From Kondoa subrosea (lineage: Eukaryota), in NCBI GenBank assembly GCA_039545335.1, contig BCIN01000002.1:186001-250000 (forward strand): 64,000 nucleotides of DNA, written 5' to 3'. Position 1 is the first letter of the stretch; each line of letters starts with the position of its first letter. The notes beneath the pieces were generated by a model. That model did no database searches and was not told the DNA's origin. It saw only the letters and a program-made list of their open reading frames with translations. Positions 38,792 through 51,613 of the stretch are shown here, in pieces. Position numbers and translations under genes: made by a program.

Positions 38792-39749
38792 TCATTGTGT
38801 CCCTAGTAAAGCAATCAAAGCCTGAAAAGAACGTGTCAATCACTCAATGAGACATAGCATAAACAAGACCAAGCTTACCCTCGCATCCTCTTCTGTTCCG
38901 GTTGCAGCTATACTGGAACTCATATCGCCAGAAGAAGACAAATTGGAACCGACTCTTGAAGCTGTATACGTTTCTGCAGCCCAATCGATATAGCCTTCTC
39001 TATCTTGCCAAGGTTTCTTTTCGTTTGCTGTAAGAGTGGAAGAGGAAGATACAGAGATAGTGGATAGAGGAGGTGTGTTGAGTAGCTTGAGATTAGCTTC
39101 TTGTATTAGTGGAACAGCTTTGGTTATAGCTTCGACTTTAGGTAAAAGCGTTGCTTTGAATATCATTCTTATCAGCTAGACCGAACAACATTTAGAAGAA
39201 GAAGACCTTACCAGCTAGATCAGAGGAAATACCGAAACCCAAAGCATCCAACTCCTGCTCGACCAAAACAAGCGCTTCCAATCTTCTATCTATCCTCTCT
39301 TCCGCCGCATCAACAGCTTTACTCCTTTCTACTTCTTCAGCATACTTCCTCCTCTCTTCTTCAATAGCTTTCAGCAAAACATCATCCTGTCCTTTTAGCC
39401 CTTGACCTTTAGTTTCGGCAGGATGATGATCCAATTTAACAAAAGGTAACAATTCAGTTCCGATTGTGAAAACGTTTCGATGCAAGTAAGCTTCATACTG
39501 ATCGAATCTTAAATCCACCAAAGATTCCAAAAGGGTTTCCAACCTTTGCAAACCTTTTTCTACTTCTGGTGTGGATCCTAACCTTTCTTTTACTACTTTT
39601 TCTACTGAGTCCATTGTTGAATATAATACTTCGTTGCCTAGATCTACAGCTCGACGAGTGAAAGCTTGAGGAACGAATGAAAAGTGTTCCCTGTGTGACA
39701 TATATTGTTCAATATAGGGACATGACAGGGAGTGGGAAGAAACGGACAT
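38792..39749 (-). CDS. MIS12: Kinetochore protein Mis12/Mtw1
   Basis: EHFSFVPQ.F...VD..NE.LY...D.VE...EVEKGLQRLETLLES.VD.RFD.YE.Y..RNVFTI, followed by coiled coil. Confidence 0.85.
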
Positions 39750-40151
39750 GAGAAGCTCGTGGACCTAAAAGTCTGAGCATATGAGATGAAAGACTACAGT
39801 TCTAGAGATGTAGAGCTTGCCTTGCGTTTCTCGAGATCTGACATGTTATGTTTTTATTTACGCGTCGAGATGTGGGCGCTTATGGGGTTTAGAGCAGCTT
39901 GCAGAGTCTTTGAAAGTAGTGAGAGAGCCTTGAGCAACAAGATTGACTTCGGTGGTTGCAAAGAACGCCATGTATCAGCGATTGAGCATAAATCTAAGCT
40001 GCAGAAGGGTGTGACGAAATCGGATAGCAAAGAAAATAACGACTTATGCAGGTACTGGGATTTAGATGTCAAGATATATACAATGTGATGCTCGGAAGAG
40101 TCCTTGTTAAAACGATCTGCGATTTTCAGCTGTTTATGCGGCTCTTGCTTT

Positions 40152-40970
40152 CTAGAAAGTGTTTCCGCAGTTTCCTTGTTGAGAACCAGCGCACTATTAA
40201 GCTTGCAAGTCAGCGATATTTTTGTAGAAGAGAAACAGAGGCGAAACGCACTGAATCACCTCCAACAACTTGAACAGTAAAGGTTGGTGCTGCTGCAAGG
40301 AAACTGATAGGACCAGCAGTTCCAATTTGGTGTTCAGTGACACGTAGCTACATTGAGACGTTAGACGATTCCGTATGAGTACGATAATAGACGAACAGTG
40401 TATTTAACGCTATCGTTCAAGTCTGTCAGAATGACACCTGCTGCGAGGTTGAGAATCACTCACGTATTGCCGCTGTTGTCCTGCATAATACTAGCATGAG
40501 CAACGGAACCGCGGACAAAGCACTGAGCATACAGGGTAAGAAGAAGGAGTAGGGATATTGAACCAAGTATCAATGTTCTTGTCTTTGCCAGAAGAGGTTA
40601 GACCAGTAGCAACAGAGTGAACAGTTCCAGAAGAATTGTCGACCAGTTCAAGGTCCTATGATAATTGTACTTAGACTTTTGCATCGCTCAAATCCTGTGA
40701 ATAGACTTACAATGTATTCGGTGTAGAAGCCTTGGTTTCCGTTGACTCGAGTATACTGGACATGTACTCCAGAGTTCTGGCTGGTAGAAAGACCGCCAGC
40801 TGGACTGATGAGTTGACCTGTTGTCCAAGGCGATTAGAAGGGGAAGAAAGTATACTCCGAAAGGGAAAGGACTTACCAGATGGACCAGCTCGTTTATCCA
40901 CAGTCGCAATAGGTGAAGCGGTGACGAGAGCTGAGAGGGCAGCTAAGGTAAGAGCGACAGTAAATCTCAT
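40152..40970 (-). CDS. Small secreted protein of unknown function (~150 aa, beta-rich, ~6 exons)
   Basis: MRFTVALTLAALSALVTA signal peptide, SPIATVDKR Kex2-type propeptide, rebuilt exons ending ...LRVTEHQIG..FTVQVVGGDSCAGSQQGNCGNTF*. Confidence 0.7.
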
Positions 40971-41062
40971 GATGATGGTTTTCAATCTGGGAGGAAGAGC
41001 TGAAGTAGTAGTGTGGAGTGAGGTAGTTGCAGAACAAGAGAGGAGAATGACAGAAAGCACTG

Positions 41063-41072
41063 TTATATATAG
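41063..41072 (-). promoter_or_regulatory. Putative TATA box of the small secreted protein gene
   Basis: TATATATAAC on the minus strand ~95 nt upstream of the ATG, followed by a pyrimidine-rich leader. Confidence 0.5.
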
Positions 41073-41791
41073 TTCCTTTAGCGCTTAGTGTGCTGGCAGT
41101 GTTTTGGCAGTGTCCTGACTCAGCAGATTCCGAGGCGGTACATGTGATGTCACGCGGTATGACAGATTGTTGCGGAAGAACGTGTGTGAGGTAGTACAGA
41201 TGCCGTAGATGCAGGGCAAGGAACTTGTAAGGATGTTGATGAACTATTGTTGAAGACGCGACATGAGGAGAAAGTGCGGGGAGAAATGAGTTTCGGCTTA
41301 CGTAATATACGGATCCACAGTATCGCGGTATATTGAGGCGTGAGACTGGAGACGTACGGTCAGAGAACCATCTAGCAGCTAGCAAGTCAGGCAAAGACAT
41401 ATCAAAATGAAACCCACGAACGAATTGGTACATATTTCATTCGAATGCTAGTCCGACACTGTCTGTCCTTTCCTTGAAACGTGTATGTTGACTGTTTGGC
41501 CTTGTCCAAGTATTAAGAGACCTCTTGCTGCATCTGTTGTCCGTCCAATTCACATCTTTCTTGCCGCAAAAAAGCAAAAGCACATCGCAACGAAATTCGG
41601 CTGCTCCAATGAGCTCAGAGCGGCACCAGCGCGTGCAACATCGAGTTCTCATGCACAGTAAAGTCGGCAAATCTTGTGGTTGTGTTGTGTTGAACTGCTA
41701 TCCACGTAACAACGAGCATTCCCAGGATTCTCGGGAGATATAGAGGGTATCACGCGGAGGAAAGCACACTACAGCAAGGAGCTGCGAGATT

Positions 41792-42850
41792 ATGCCGACA
41801 GAATTCGCTTCCATCGGTGCTTCAGTGAGTTGCTTATAGGCTTCCGCTGCAGAATCTCATACAATCTGGTACAGTGCAGCAATGCACCTAATTGTGATAA
41901 GAAAGAGGACATTGATAGCAAATTCAAGGTGAGTTCTTCATTCGCTTTCTGGGGAAGATTTCTTACTCGAATCAGAGCAGGTCTGCTCCAAGTGTCACAC
42001 AGTCAAGTACTGTTCCGTCAGCTGTCAGAGTACGCGAGTATCGATTCCGTTGGATCAGTAGTCTAAACCTCACCTGCAGAGCAAGCATGGCCGGAACACA
42101 AGAAACATTGCGACTCAGCGAAGGAAGCTTTTCAATACTCTGCTTCTCTCGATCAACGCAACGCTAAACTGGCGCAAACTTTGGGCATAGCTTCACCGAA
42201 AGTCACTCGTGAGGTTGGTCAAACTCGCTGGGCTTGATTCTCCATTAGCCGAATTCCGATCTGGCTGCTGCTGTATAGAAGTTAGCAACTCTGTTGATGG
42301 ATTTCTTCTCTCAATATTCACCAATGCTCTTCAATTGCCTTGTGCAGAAGTATCAGTTCTACAACTATCCTGCTGGAATACCTGAAACGTCTACAAGACC
42401 AAATTTGTCGTTCTCACACTTCAGCTCAAACCAGAAGCAACAAAGGACACGAAAGCTAAATCAGCCTTTATCGTACGAAATTTCGTTGTGATGGATGAAG
42501 AAGATGTCTACAGAACGTATTGTGTTGGACCGACGGCTCGTGCTACGCGAGCAGAGTGGATCAAAACTTACGCACAAGAACACAAAGCATCTCGGCGACA
42601 CGGGACAGACAAGGTATGGCTCGCTTACTCATCACCTGTGATGGTTCTACAAGACCACGTCAGTTCTTGCCCTCCTTTTGAACAACTCTGGGGCTGATCT
42701 GTTTTGCTGAAGATTACTTTCACCTACCGGTCAATCTGTCTGCAGCTCAGCCGTTTCCAGCGTGGGAGGAGAGTTTTAAGCAGCTTGTGAAGATAGGAAA
42801 GGGCATGACAGGTTTGTCAGAGCTGGGTAATGTGAAAGTAGCGTGATGAA
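41792..42850 (+). CDS. N-terminal MYND-type zinc finger protein (3' end uncertain)
   Basis: CSNAPNC....KFKVCSKCHTVKYCS..CQ..AWPEHKKHC across introns. Confidence 0.7.
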
Positions 42851-42933
42851 GGAGGATCAAGAGCAGTCCCTTGAGGTTGTTGTGAATATTGTGCAAGATC
42901 TGTTGCGGGTTAACCCAAACGAGCATTCATTAG

Positions 42934-44132
42934 ATGCCAAACTCAGCAGAGAGGTCGCCTGAGATGTCACTTTCTCCTATACCAGATACTCCAGCAGAGA
43001 ATACCCCTTACGCTGCTTTGATAGACAATGCGAAGCAAATTCAAACAATTGTTCAATCTGCTCTGGATCGCTTGTCTTCCACTTCAGAGTGTTCTTACAC
43101 TAATGGAATCTCACTATTGAGCGTCAAGAACGACTTGCTCTTGTCTTATGTGCACCATTTGGTCTTGCTGTCTATTGCAAAATTATCAGGTCAAAGGGAT
43201 GACACTCTAGTTAAGGAATTAGTCAAGATTAGAGTGGTGTTAGAGAAGCTAAGGCCATTGGAAGGGAAATTGAGGTATCAGATTGAGAAATTGGTTAGAA
43301 AAGCTGAAAGTCAAGTGAATGCTGCACCTGAAGAAGAAGATGAAGGAGTCGTTAATGGTTAATTTCTCTACTTGTTATTCGACTACAGTTTGCTGATGCA
43401 ACTGGCTTAGATCCACTGGCATTCAAACCTAATCCTTCAGCACTCATCTCAGGTCGAAATGGTGGTTACGTTTCCGCTTCAGATGATGAAGCTTCTTCCT
43501 CAAACGAACAACAACAACAACCGAAAGAAGGTATCTATCGACCACCTCGATTAGCTCCAACACCTTATATGGAACAACCTAAAAAGAATGGCAAACTTCG
43601 TCGAGCTCCACCTACCACCAATGCTTTCTTAACGGATATGGCTTCTTCTTTAAACGCTAATACTCCATATGTAGAAGCTACTACTGGTTTATCTGTTACT
43701 CCTTCAATGAATTCCAAGCGAAGTAAGAAGATGAATGAAATGAATGAGTATGAAGAAGATATGATGACTAGAATATCCATGTCCAAGAAAGAAGGTAAGA
43801 AGAGAAGAGAAGATGAAGCTGAGTTGGCTTTAGGTGGAGGTGGAACTCTAGATACTGGTAACAAAAGAGGCGTCAGAGGTACTGGGGGTGGATTCGGAGC
43901 AGAATTCGATGAATTGCTTGGCACGATTGAAAGAGGTGGGAAAAGGAAAAGTGGGGCATTGCAAAGGACTGGCGGAAGTGAATATGAAGCTTTGAGGCAG
44001 ATGAGAAACGAAAGAAGGCATGTTCCTGCTGAGCAAAGTCAAGGAAACGCAGGCAAGAAGAGAAAGACCGGAAAAGGTGGTTTCGACAAAGCTATGGATA
44101 GGCAAGCGAAGAAAGCCAAGAAGAGTCGGTGA
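42934..44132 (+). CDS. LCP5: U3 snoRNP/SSU processome protein Lcp5/neuroguidin (Sas10/Utp3/C1D family)
   Basis: GISLLSVKN.LLLSY, RVVLEKLRPLE.KLRYQIEKL, DPLAFKPNP, YRPPRLAP, YEEDMMTRI..SKKE; one intron ~43359-43410. Confidence 0.9.
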
Positions 44133-44248
44133 AGAGTCTCATACAAATCAATCTGGCATTCGTTGTCTATCCAATGAACTTCGCCAAGAAGGAGTTATGA
44201 TTGGTATCTCAAATCATCTTGATATGATCCCTTGCCCTCTGTCTTCTT

Positions 44249-44625
44249 TCACTTGTCGTCCTTTCTCGCTCTCAGTAAATTTTCTCGCAACTGCTCAATC
44301 CTAGATTCTCCCTCCTCTATCATGTCTATCGATTCTTTCAATTTCTGCTGAGCTTTCGTACTAGCAGAAACGACATCTTTGTTAAGTTGACCATCGCTTT
44401 CCGGTCCAGTGGAAAAGGTTTCAATGAAAGCAGTAATCTCTCTTTCTTCTTGTGCAAAGAACGTTTCTTCTTCTTTGAGTTGCTCTATTCCTAAGGTATA
44501 AGCTTCCAAGAGCTCTCCTCGACCCGAGAAGCAATCTTCTTCGGCTTGGATTCGATTGAGTTGAGTAGATGGTGCGGCATTCTGTACTGTGGACTCTTCT
44601 ACTAGATTGGTAGCGGGCTGACTCA
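44249..44625 (-). CDS. Hypothetical small coiled-coil protein
   Basis: Intron-free ~125-aa ORF with heptad-like acidic helices; no family recognised. Confidence 0.5.
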
Positions 44626-44966
44626 TGACTGCGTGTGCTCTCATTTGAGTCGTTCTGGGTTGAGAAAGATTACTTCTTCGTCATTCCTCTGAATCTGAAG
44701 AGAAAGGGAAGGCATTCTATCAAAATTGACCCTTTACATGACATCTCGCTTGCTTTCAATACTGCAGAGGTGCAGTCCTTGCAAAACGCTACTGGTCTAA
44801 GACAAGACTATTTACGGCCCGCGAAATGGATGCACGGGCGATTGCGCAAATGCACTGCAATGCCAAATGCTGCCTATACGCACTGAACTGCATCTATTCC
44901 GATGGTATGTCAAGTCTGTCCACCTATTATCCTATCCTTCCCACGTAAAGTGCTCAAAGGGTATGT

Positions 44967-45969
44967 TCATATCGACCAATCCGCATCCCACTATCGTACA
45001 AGAGCCATCAATACACAGACTCATCACAAGACAGAGAAGAACAGAAAGCTCACATTAGTCCAGCATCCAAATTGATTCGATATCCCACCAGCATGCTCCA
45101 CTTTCACTTTCGTCTCTCTTAAAGGACCTAAAGGTGGGTTTGAGTAAATCTTCTCGATAGTTTCTTTTACTGAGGTAGAAGTGAGGACAATGAGTTTCGA
45201 TTTCTCGTGGAAAAGGAGTTGAAGAGTTCTAGCATCAAAGGAAAATAAGCGGAAGTAGGATTCAGCAGAGCGAAAACGGGGTCCTTACTCTGCTACGTTC
45301 TCATTCGTTACAGCATTGAGGAAAGGTGGACTATGAGCGTATATAATCAGCTGAGCTCGATAGAAAAAAAGAGAAGTGAAGTGTGAACACTGACTCAATT
45401 ACGCATAAATCCACTTTGCCCAAAATCTCTTCCGGTATCCCATCTTTCGGATTATGTAAGTCATAATGCACGAATTGCCTGCCAGCGAATAACCGAAACC
45501 TCGTATCGTATTCTAGTAACTTGACACTTGGTAATTGATTCTCATATTGAAACCCTACGTATGCCGTAGGACAAGATAAGAAGACTATCGTCGATTGAGA
45601 AGTGACTAATTTATGCAGTGCTCTAGAGAAATGGGTAGTGAATTGTTCCGAATACCAGAATTGAGATTGTTGCCAGTCCTATGATTTTCTAAATCAATTG
45701 AGACTCGCTGAGATGAAGGGGAACCAACCTCTTTGAAATGTTGCCTGAACTCAGACACGCTTACTGCTCGAGGATTATCATCTTCTGAAGGTGCGTTGAA
45801 TTTGGCATTAAACTCTTCTGAAGCTTGTTGCTGTTCTTGTAGAAAGCCTTGAAGGATAGCTGATAGACGCATTCAGAGCAGGCAGATTCAAAATTGGGAC
45901 AAGACTACCTAAAGTGTCTGTAGGTAGCTCGAGAGGGGAAGAAGAACGTGAACGAGATCCAGTAGACAT
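44967..45969 (-). CDS. EFM5: eEF1A lysine N-methyltransferase Efm5/N6AMT2 (EEF1AKMT1)
   Basis: EDWQQSQFWYS, IVFLSCPTAY, LLEYDTRF, FVHYD, PPFL motif, H..GISNQFGCWTN. Most of it is missed by the ORF track. Confidence 0.88.
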
Positions 45970-46261
45970 TGCGAAAATTGGCAAGGATCAAGGCAGATCC
46001 GTAGATAACAAGAGCAGCCGATTGAAAGATAGCTAAGGGACAGGTCTAGCAGGGTCACAGGCCAGTCAGACTTGGTGCTTGCATGACGAGCCTGTTTTCG
46101 TAATTTTGGAAATGGATCCTCGTTCTCACACGACGTTCTGCTCTTCCTCCATTTCTGACTGTGTAGCCATTCACTACTCGTTGAATCTGTTCCTACGAAT
46201 TCTCTACTGATTTTTGCTCCTGTCTGCTACTCCATCCTTTGATCGCTCGTCATACCAAATC

Positions 46262-47701
46262 ATGGGCTTCCCTTTAGCTACTACTTCTAGCTCAGCTTAC
46301 ACTTACGTTCCTACTATCCTCAGTTCGTATTCGCTCAAATACCTGTCATTTCCGAGTTAATGCGAACAATGATAGAGCACGTCGAATGTCGCATTGGAGC
46401 ATTATCGTCTTTACCTTCATTACTGGACAAGCTCAACATCAAGACTCCATTAATCATCACTGGTATGTCAGCTCTTACTTCTGCTCATTCCGAGCTCAAG
46501 GTATGGCGGGCATACAGGCAATTCACTGCAAACAAAGACTGATGTAATCAAACAAATTACGAAAGAAGTAGAAGGCTCTGGTAGGAAATTGGCAGGAGTT
46601 CACTCCAAGATTGGTGAACATGCTCCTATTGCCGGTATTCACCAAGGCATGGATTTATTGAAACAACATCAAAGTGACGGAGAAGTAGGGTTGAGTGAGT
46701 TCTTCTTCTTGTAGATAACAGTAATACAACTAATATGGTCGATAGTCGCTTGTGGTGGTGGTAGTCCAATAGATGCAGCTAAAACAATGATTCATCTTTA
46801 CGAAAAAGAGTTTGGAAAGATACTCAAATTGATCTCTATACCTACTACTTTATCAGCAGCGGAAATGACTATCATGTCTGGATATACAACAGAAGATAAG
46901 AAAAAGACAGGTGTTAAAGGGTCCAACTATACTTCTTCTGCTATTATCTATGATGCGAATCTTTCTTTATCTACTCCTAACAAGCTTTGGATTTCTAGTA
47001 CGTTTGCTCGTTCCTTTGCATCTTCGAGCAGTACTGATAATTGTGTCATAGCTGGAGTAAGAGCTCTTGATCACGCAGCTGAACAACAAATCCGACCAAA
47101 TGCACCTCTACCCGTCCGAGTCTTGGCAAGGGAAGCCTTTGCTACTCTGTTCGAGAGCTTGAAAGCTTGCGCGCGAGATGAAAAGGACGTGGAAGCTCGT
47201 CAGAGGGCTTTCGCCGGTGCTTCCATGTCGTTATGGTCTGATGATCAAATCGGATCTCTTGGGTAGGACTGTTTCCTCATTCAATGAATAAAGCGAGTCT
47301 GATGTCTTGCTTCTCAATACAGTCTCTCACATGCTTTGGGTTACTTACTCGGCTCTCCTTATTCAATGCCTCATGGTTATTGCTCCTGCATCACTCTAGG
47401 ACCAACTATCTCTTCTCTTTCTAAATCACTTACAGGAAATGACTTGAAATCACTGGCTTCTCTTTATCCTTTAATCGAACCTTCTTCCTCAAATTTATCG
47501 GATGAAGAGAAAGTGGATAGGTTAGGAAAAGCTATTGATTCTTTGGTCAAAGAAGTGCAATGTGAAGCTAAGTTAAGCGATTATGGAGTTCCGGAAAATG
47601 ACTTGGATGGGATTGTTGAAAAGGGCACGAAAGCGGTTGGTCGAGATAGTGATGAAAGGTTGAAGAAGGATTTGTTGAAGAGGCTAAAAGCTAAGATGTG
47701 A
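46262..47701 (+). CDS. Iron-containing alcohol dehydrogenase / maleylacetate-reductase-like protein
   Basis: GGGSPIDAAK, IPTTLSAAE, GVRALDHAAE, LSHALGY.LG..Y.MPHG.CSCITL. Confidence 0.9.
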
Positions 47702-47949
47702 GAAACCGATTGGAGAGTTAGTAGGACAATGGAAGATAGTGCTCATTAAATTACTGGAATACTAAAATGAATAAGGAACTAATAACATGATCTATAGTGA
47801 AACTATTATGGACTTATAAAAATGCATATACTAGAAATGTGCAGGGGAAAAGACATCATTTGAGAGTGATCTTATTCTGCACTACCCATCTTCCTGACAA
47901 ACCAATAGACCAAAGCTGTCCATTCCATTCTTGGGTAATACTTGTTTCT

Positions 47950-48473
47950 CATTCCGTGACTGTGGAAATCTGAAGCATTAGTGAAAGATCTCCCTAATAT
48001 TCATAGAGACTCACTGAGTTCCCGGTTCACCACTACACATAAACCACAAAAGCAAGAAATGTACGAGTGAAAGTGGGCCGTATGTGAAGATGAAGATGGT
48101 CGAGAAGTTGAAAGAAGGTAAAGCGGTTAAGAGGGGAGACACCGTTACTGACCATGTTGTCGGTAAGCTGGAGTCGATGAAAGCCTGTAGATTGTCTGGA
48201 GAAAGTCGGATTTGGCCAATCACGATCATAGCGACAAAGAAGTAGAAGGTTCTTCTGACATAGTAGAAGAAACCGAGGATATGACCATTGATATTGATTT
48301 GCCGATGAAGACTATTGAATTGAAGAATATCTAGGGGTAATATTGACGGCTGAGTAAGATCTTTAGTTAGTGTCAGTACATCAATTTGTTCGCGAAAAAC
48401 TGACAAGGTACCAGAAAGCAACATATAATGAGTTGAAAGCGAGTGTAATCAGAAAAGAATCGATGACGATCAT
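47950..48473 (-). CDS. Hypothetical small membrane protein
   Basis: Hydrophobic ORF segments bounded by plausible GT-AG introns; no family recognised. Confidence 0.35.
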
Positions 48474-49955
48474 CGTAGCAAGATGAATTTCAGAATATCG
48501 GAAAAAAAAAAACGCGATAATTCGATGTGAAGCTTGTGAAGTAGGAAAGAAAGCAAGAGAGAAAATCAATGGGCTTTTATAGGCTCGAGGCTGTTTGCCA
48601 CAGCGGGGTCTAGTTTGCATGAAAGAAGCCGGCAATGGAACTTATGCTGCCTGAGGAGACTCTGGGCCTTCCAGACTCTATCAGGATGTGGTCAGAGAAC
48701 AAGATAGACAATGATGCAGAGCACCATAGACAGGAGAGAAATGCAAAGGAAGATAATGAGTCCGAGACGGAGCAATAAAGATGGCAGAAGCGGATCAGCG
48801 GTGCAGCAAGATTTTCTGCATTGCTCGCGCTCTTCTGCAGATCTTTACTCGAGCCTGATCTCGTTTGAGTACCTCTGATTGGGATCCTCAGAGGATTTGA
48901 GACACTTCCTTCATAAGGATATCTGAAATTTAAGGTATTCATGTATGTATCAGCGTTCGGGGTCACCTTTCTTCCTCTCCCCATGACCTTTCGTTTTGAC
49001 GCCCCGCAGGAACAGGAGCTGTACTTTACTGTTCACTTCAATTCGGAATGTGCATGGCCAAGCATTGAGGTGCTAGATGTTGCGATGCAAGGAGAGAAGG
49101 ACAATATGCTAGCAGTGAACATTCCTGCCGATGTTTTGCAATGGTTTGCTGTGGGTGTAGCCATTCCCATTCCGGCGGCTTAAGCTTCGTGCTGAAACTG
49201 GAAATGAATAGCGATGCCGGAAAGCGATCCACCTGCTTGAAGCCTGCAAAGAGGATTCTGAGAGCGTATCAGCAGAGGACCTGCGTGTTGTCTCCTGGTC
49301 CATCATGTCGGACGATGACTACTTCCGAATCAAGGCTCTAGCTGTCTCCTCATTCACTGCAGCTGGTTTTGGTCCTCTTGAAGAACTAGAAAACCCATTT
49401 AGAGAGGATTGGTTGCATAGATCGGATTTATGGTGAGTTTAATGTCTACACAGCGGATTGAGGAGTAGATTCTCATTGCGTCTTCTTTCCCTAGGGCGGG
49501 AATTGAGAAGCGGCTGAGAACGCATGATGCAGCAGCTCAATCTCTGGTTGTTGCTCTCTTTTGGCACCATTTATGGCGATGCTGCGGTCATCTGCATAGT
49601 CAGTACTGCTGCTGCTGTTTCGGAAGGTTTTGTGTACTGATTACTGTCATTAGGACGGATATTGGATGAAAGAGTCAAAAGAAGAGTACCTTTCTATGAT
49701 GGCTTACTATCTCTCATCGGTCTTGGTCCTAAACCTTCAACGCGTTGTATGAACTCCAAGCTTGTGAAGTCTAAGTAGTTTGTATAAGGTTCTCACGTCA
49801 GTTTGTACTACTTCTTTTATGTGTGCTGTTTTAGCTTTCTACTTCTTGTCAATTAAGCATATCCTCATTGGTAACTTGTACTTGTCCTCTAACCAATTGT
49901 AACTTCTGTATTGCTGAAATCCCGAAATTAAACACTCCGAGGTCTTTAGCAAACC

Positions 49956-51530
49956 ATGTCTGTCAGTCGGAGCAGCTTGAAAGCACTAAAGAATATACCA
50001 CGTATAGGCAGCAATAGCAGCAGCAGCAGAGGGCACGCGACAGCTTTGCACGGTAAAGATTACCCAAACTCAACAACTTCAACAAAGAAAGCATGGAAGC
50101 GCGAAGAGATTCAACACCTCTATGATAGTCCCTTAATGGAATTGATCTTTAGAGCTGTCCGTCTCACTCTCATCAGCTTCCAAGTAGAGTCCCCAGCTGA
50201 TAACGAATGTTTCAGGCGACTGTACATCGGCAATTTCATGATCCAGCTAAAGTACAGCTGTGCACATTGCTAAACATCAAGTAAGCTTCTTCTCTTGAGT
50301 ATCTCCCATCTTTCGCTAATCCTATGTGGTAAAGGACCGGAGGCTGTAAGTTGCGAAACATGATGCACAACCAATTACCGAACTTACATTAAATCATTCT
50401 ACTACTCTTAGGCTCAGAAGATTGCTCATACTGTAGTCAATCTTCCAAGAACAAGACCGGTTTAAAAGCTACACCACTGTTACAAATCGAACCTGTTCTA
50501 GCGTACGCGTTTTGAGGTAAATGCTGTTTATACATCAGCTCATATTGCTTCTGGCTGTGTACAGGGAAGCACGGAAAGCTAAAGAAATGGGATCTACTCG
50601 ATTCTGTATGGGAGCAGCTTGGAGAGATCTGCATGGTCGAAAAACTGGATTCAAACGTATTCTGGAAATGGTTTCTGAAATCAGAGGAATGGGAATGGAA
50701 GTTTGCACTACTCTAGGCATGTTGGATGCGGATCAAGCTCGACAACTTAAAGAAGCTGGTTTGACTGCTTATAATCATAATCTTGATACCTCAAGAGAGT
50801 TCTATCCTAAAGTATGTTACTACTCCCTGCGAGAGGGACGTCTATCTAATGCGTTATGGTCAATACAGGTCATTACTACTAGATCTTACGCTGAACGACT
50901 AGAAACAATCGAGAATGTTCGAATGGCAGGCATTTCAGTTTGCTCAGGCGGAATTATTGGGTTAGGCGAAGAACCAAAAGATCGAGTGGGTTTGATTTGG
51001 GAAATGTCTCAACTGCCAGAGCCGCCAGAAAGTTTCCCTGTGAATGCTTTAGTACCTATTGAGGGAACACCATTAGGGTCAAACAAGGTAGGCCCTTCTT
51101 CCATTCTATGTGCAAAAACGCGAACTGATTGCATGTGTCATGTGAAACAGCAAGTTCAGATTCATGATATGCTTCGGACGATAGCAACAGCTCGTCTAGT
51201 GTTACCTACGTGTGTTGAAATGTCATTGCTATTGGCTTTGTACTGATCATGCATATTTTGAATGACAGCTCCATCATCCGTCTGGCAGCAGGTCGAACTT
51301 CCTATACTGAAGAAGCTCAAGCGATGTGCTTCATGGCAGGAGCAAATGCAATCTTCACTGGTCATCGAATGTTGACAACCGAAACCAATGGATGGGATGA
51401 AGATGGTGCTTTGTTCAATCGCTGGGGTCTTCAAGGACTGAAGTCATTCGAGAACGAAAGAGTTGCTGCAGCGGATGCACATTCTGGGCCATACACTTTA
51501 CCGGAACAAGACAAGGATATTTCTGTTTAG
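49956..51530 (+). CDS. BIO2: Biotin synthase (radical SAM), mitochondrial presequence
   Basis: [16 protein letters not shown] (rebuilt across an 11-nt exon at 50335-50345), [42 protein letters not shown]. Confidence 0.97.
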
Positions 51531-51613
51531 AATTTAATACGATAGATCTATGTAAGGTATTAGATGAAGGGAAATTACACAAATGTCTAAAGCAAATTGA
51601 GTCATACGACTCT

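Noticed and set aside
48600..49780. Possible plus-strand multi-exon gene upstream of BIO2
   Set aside because: A few intron-like signals are present (e.g. GTGAGT ~49433), but there is no coherent start or recognisable protein.
49956..51530. Biotin biosynthesis gene cluster
   Set aside because: Only BIO2 is present; no bioA/bioD/bioF-type neighbours in the window.
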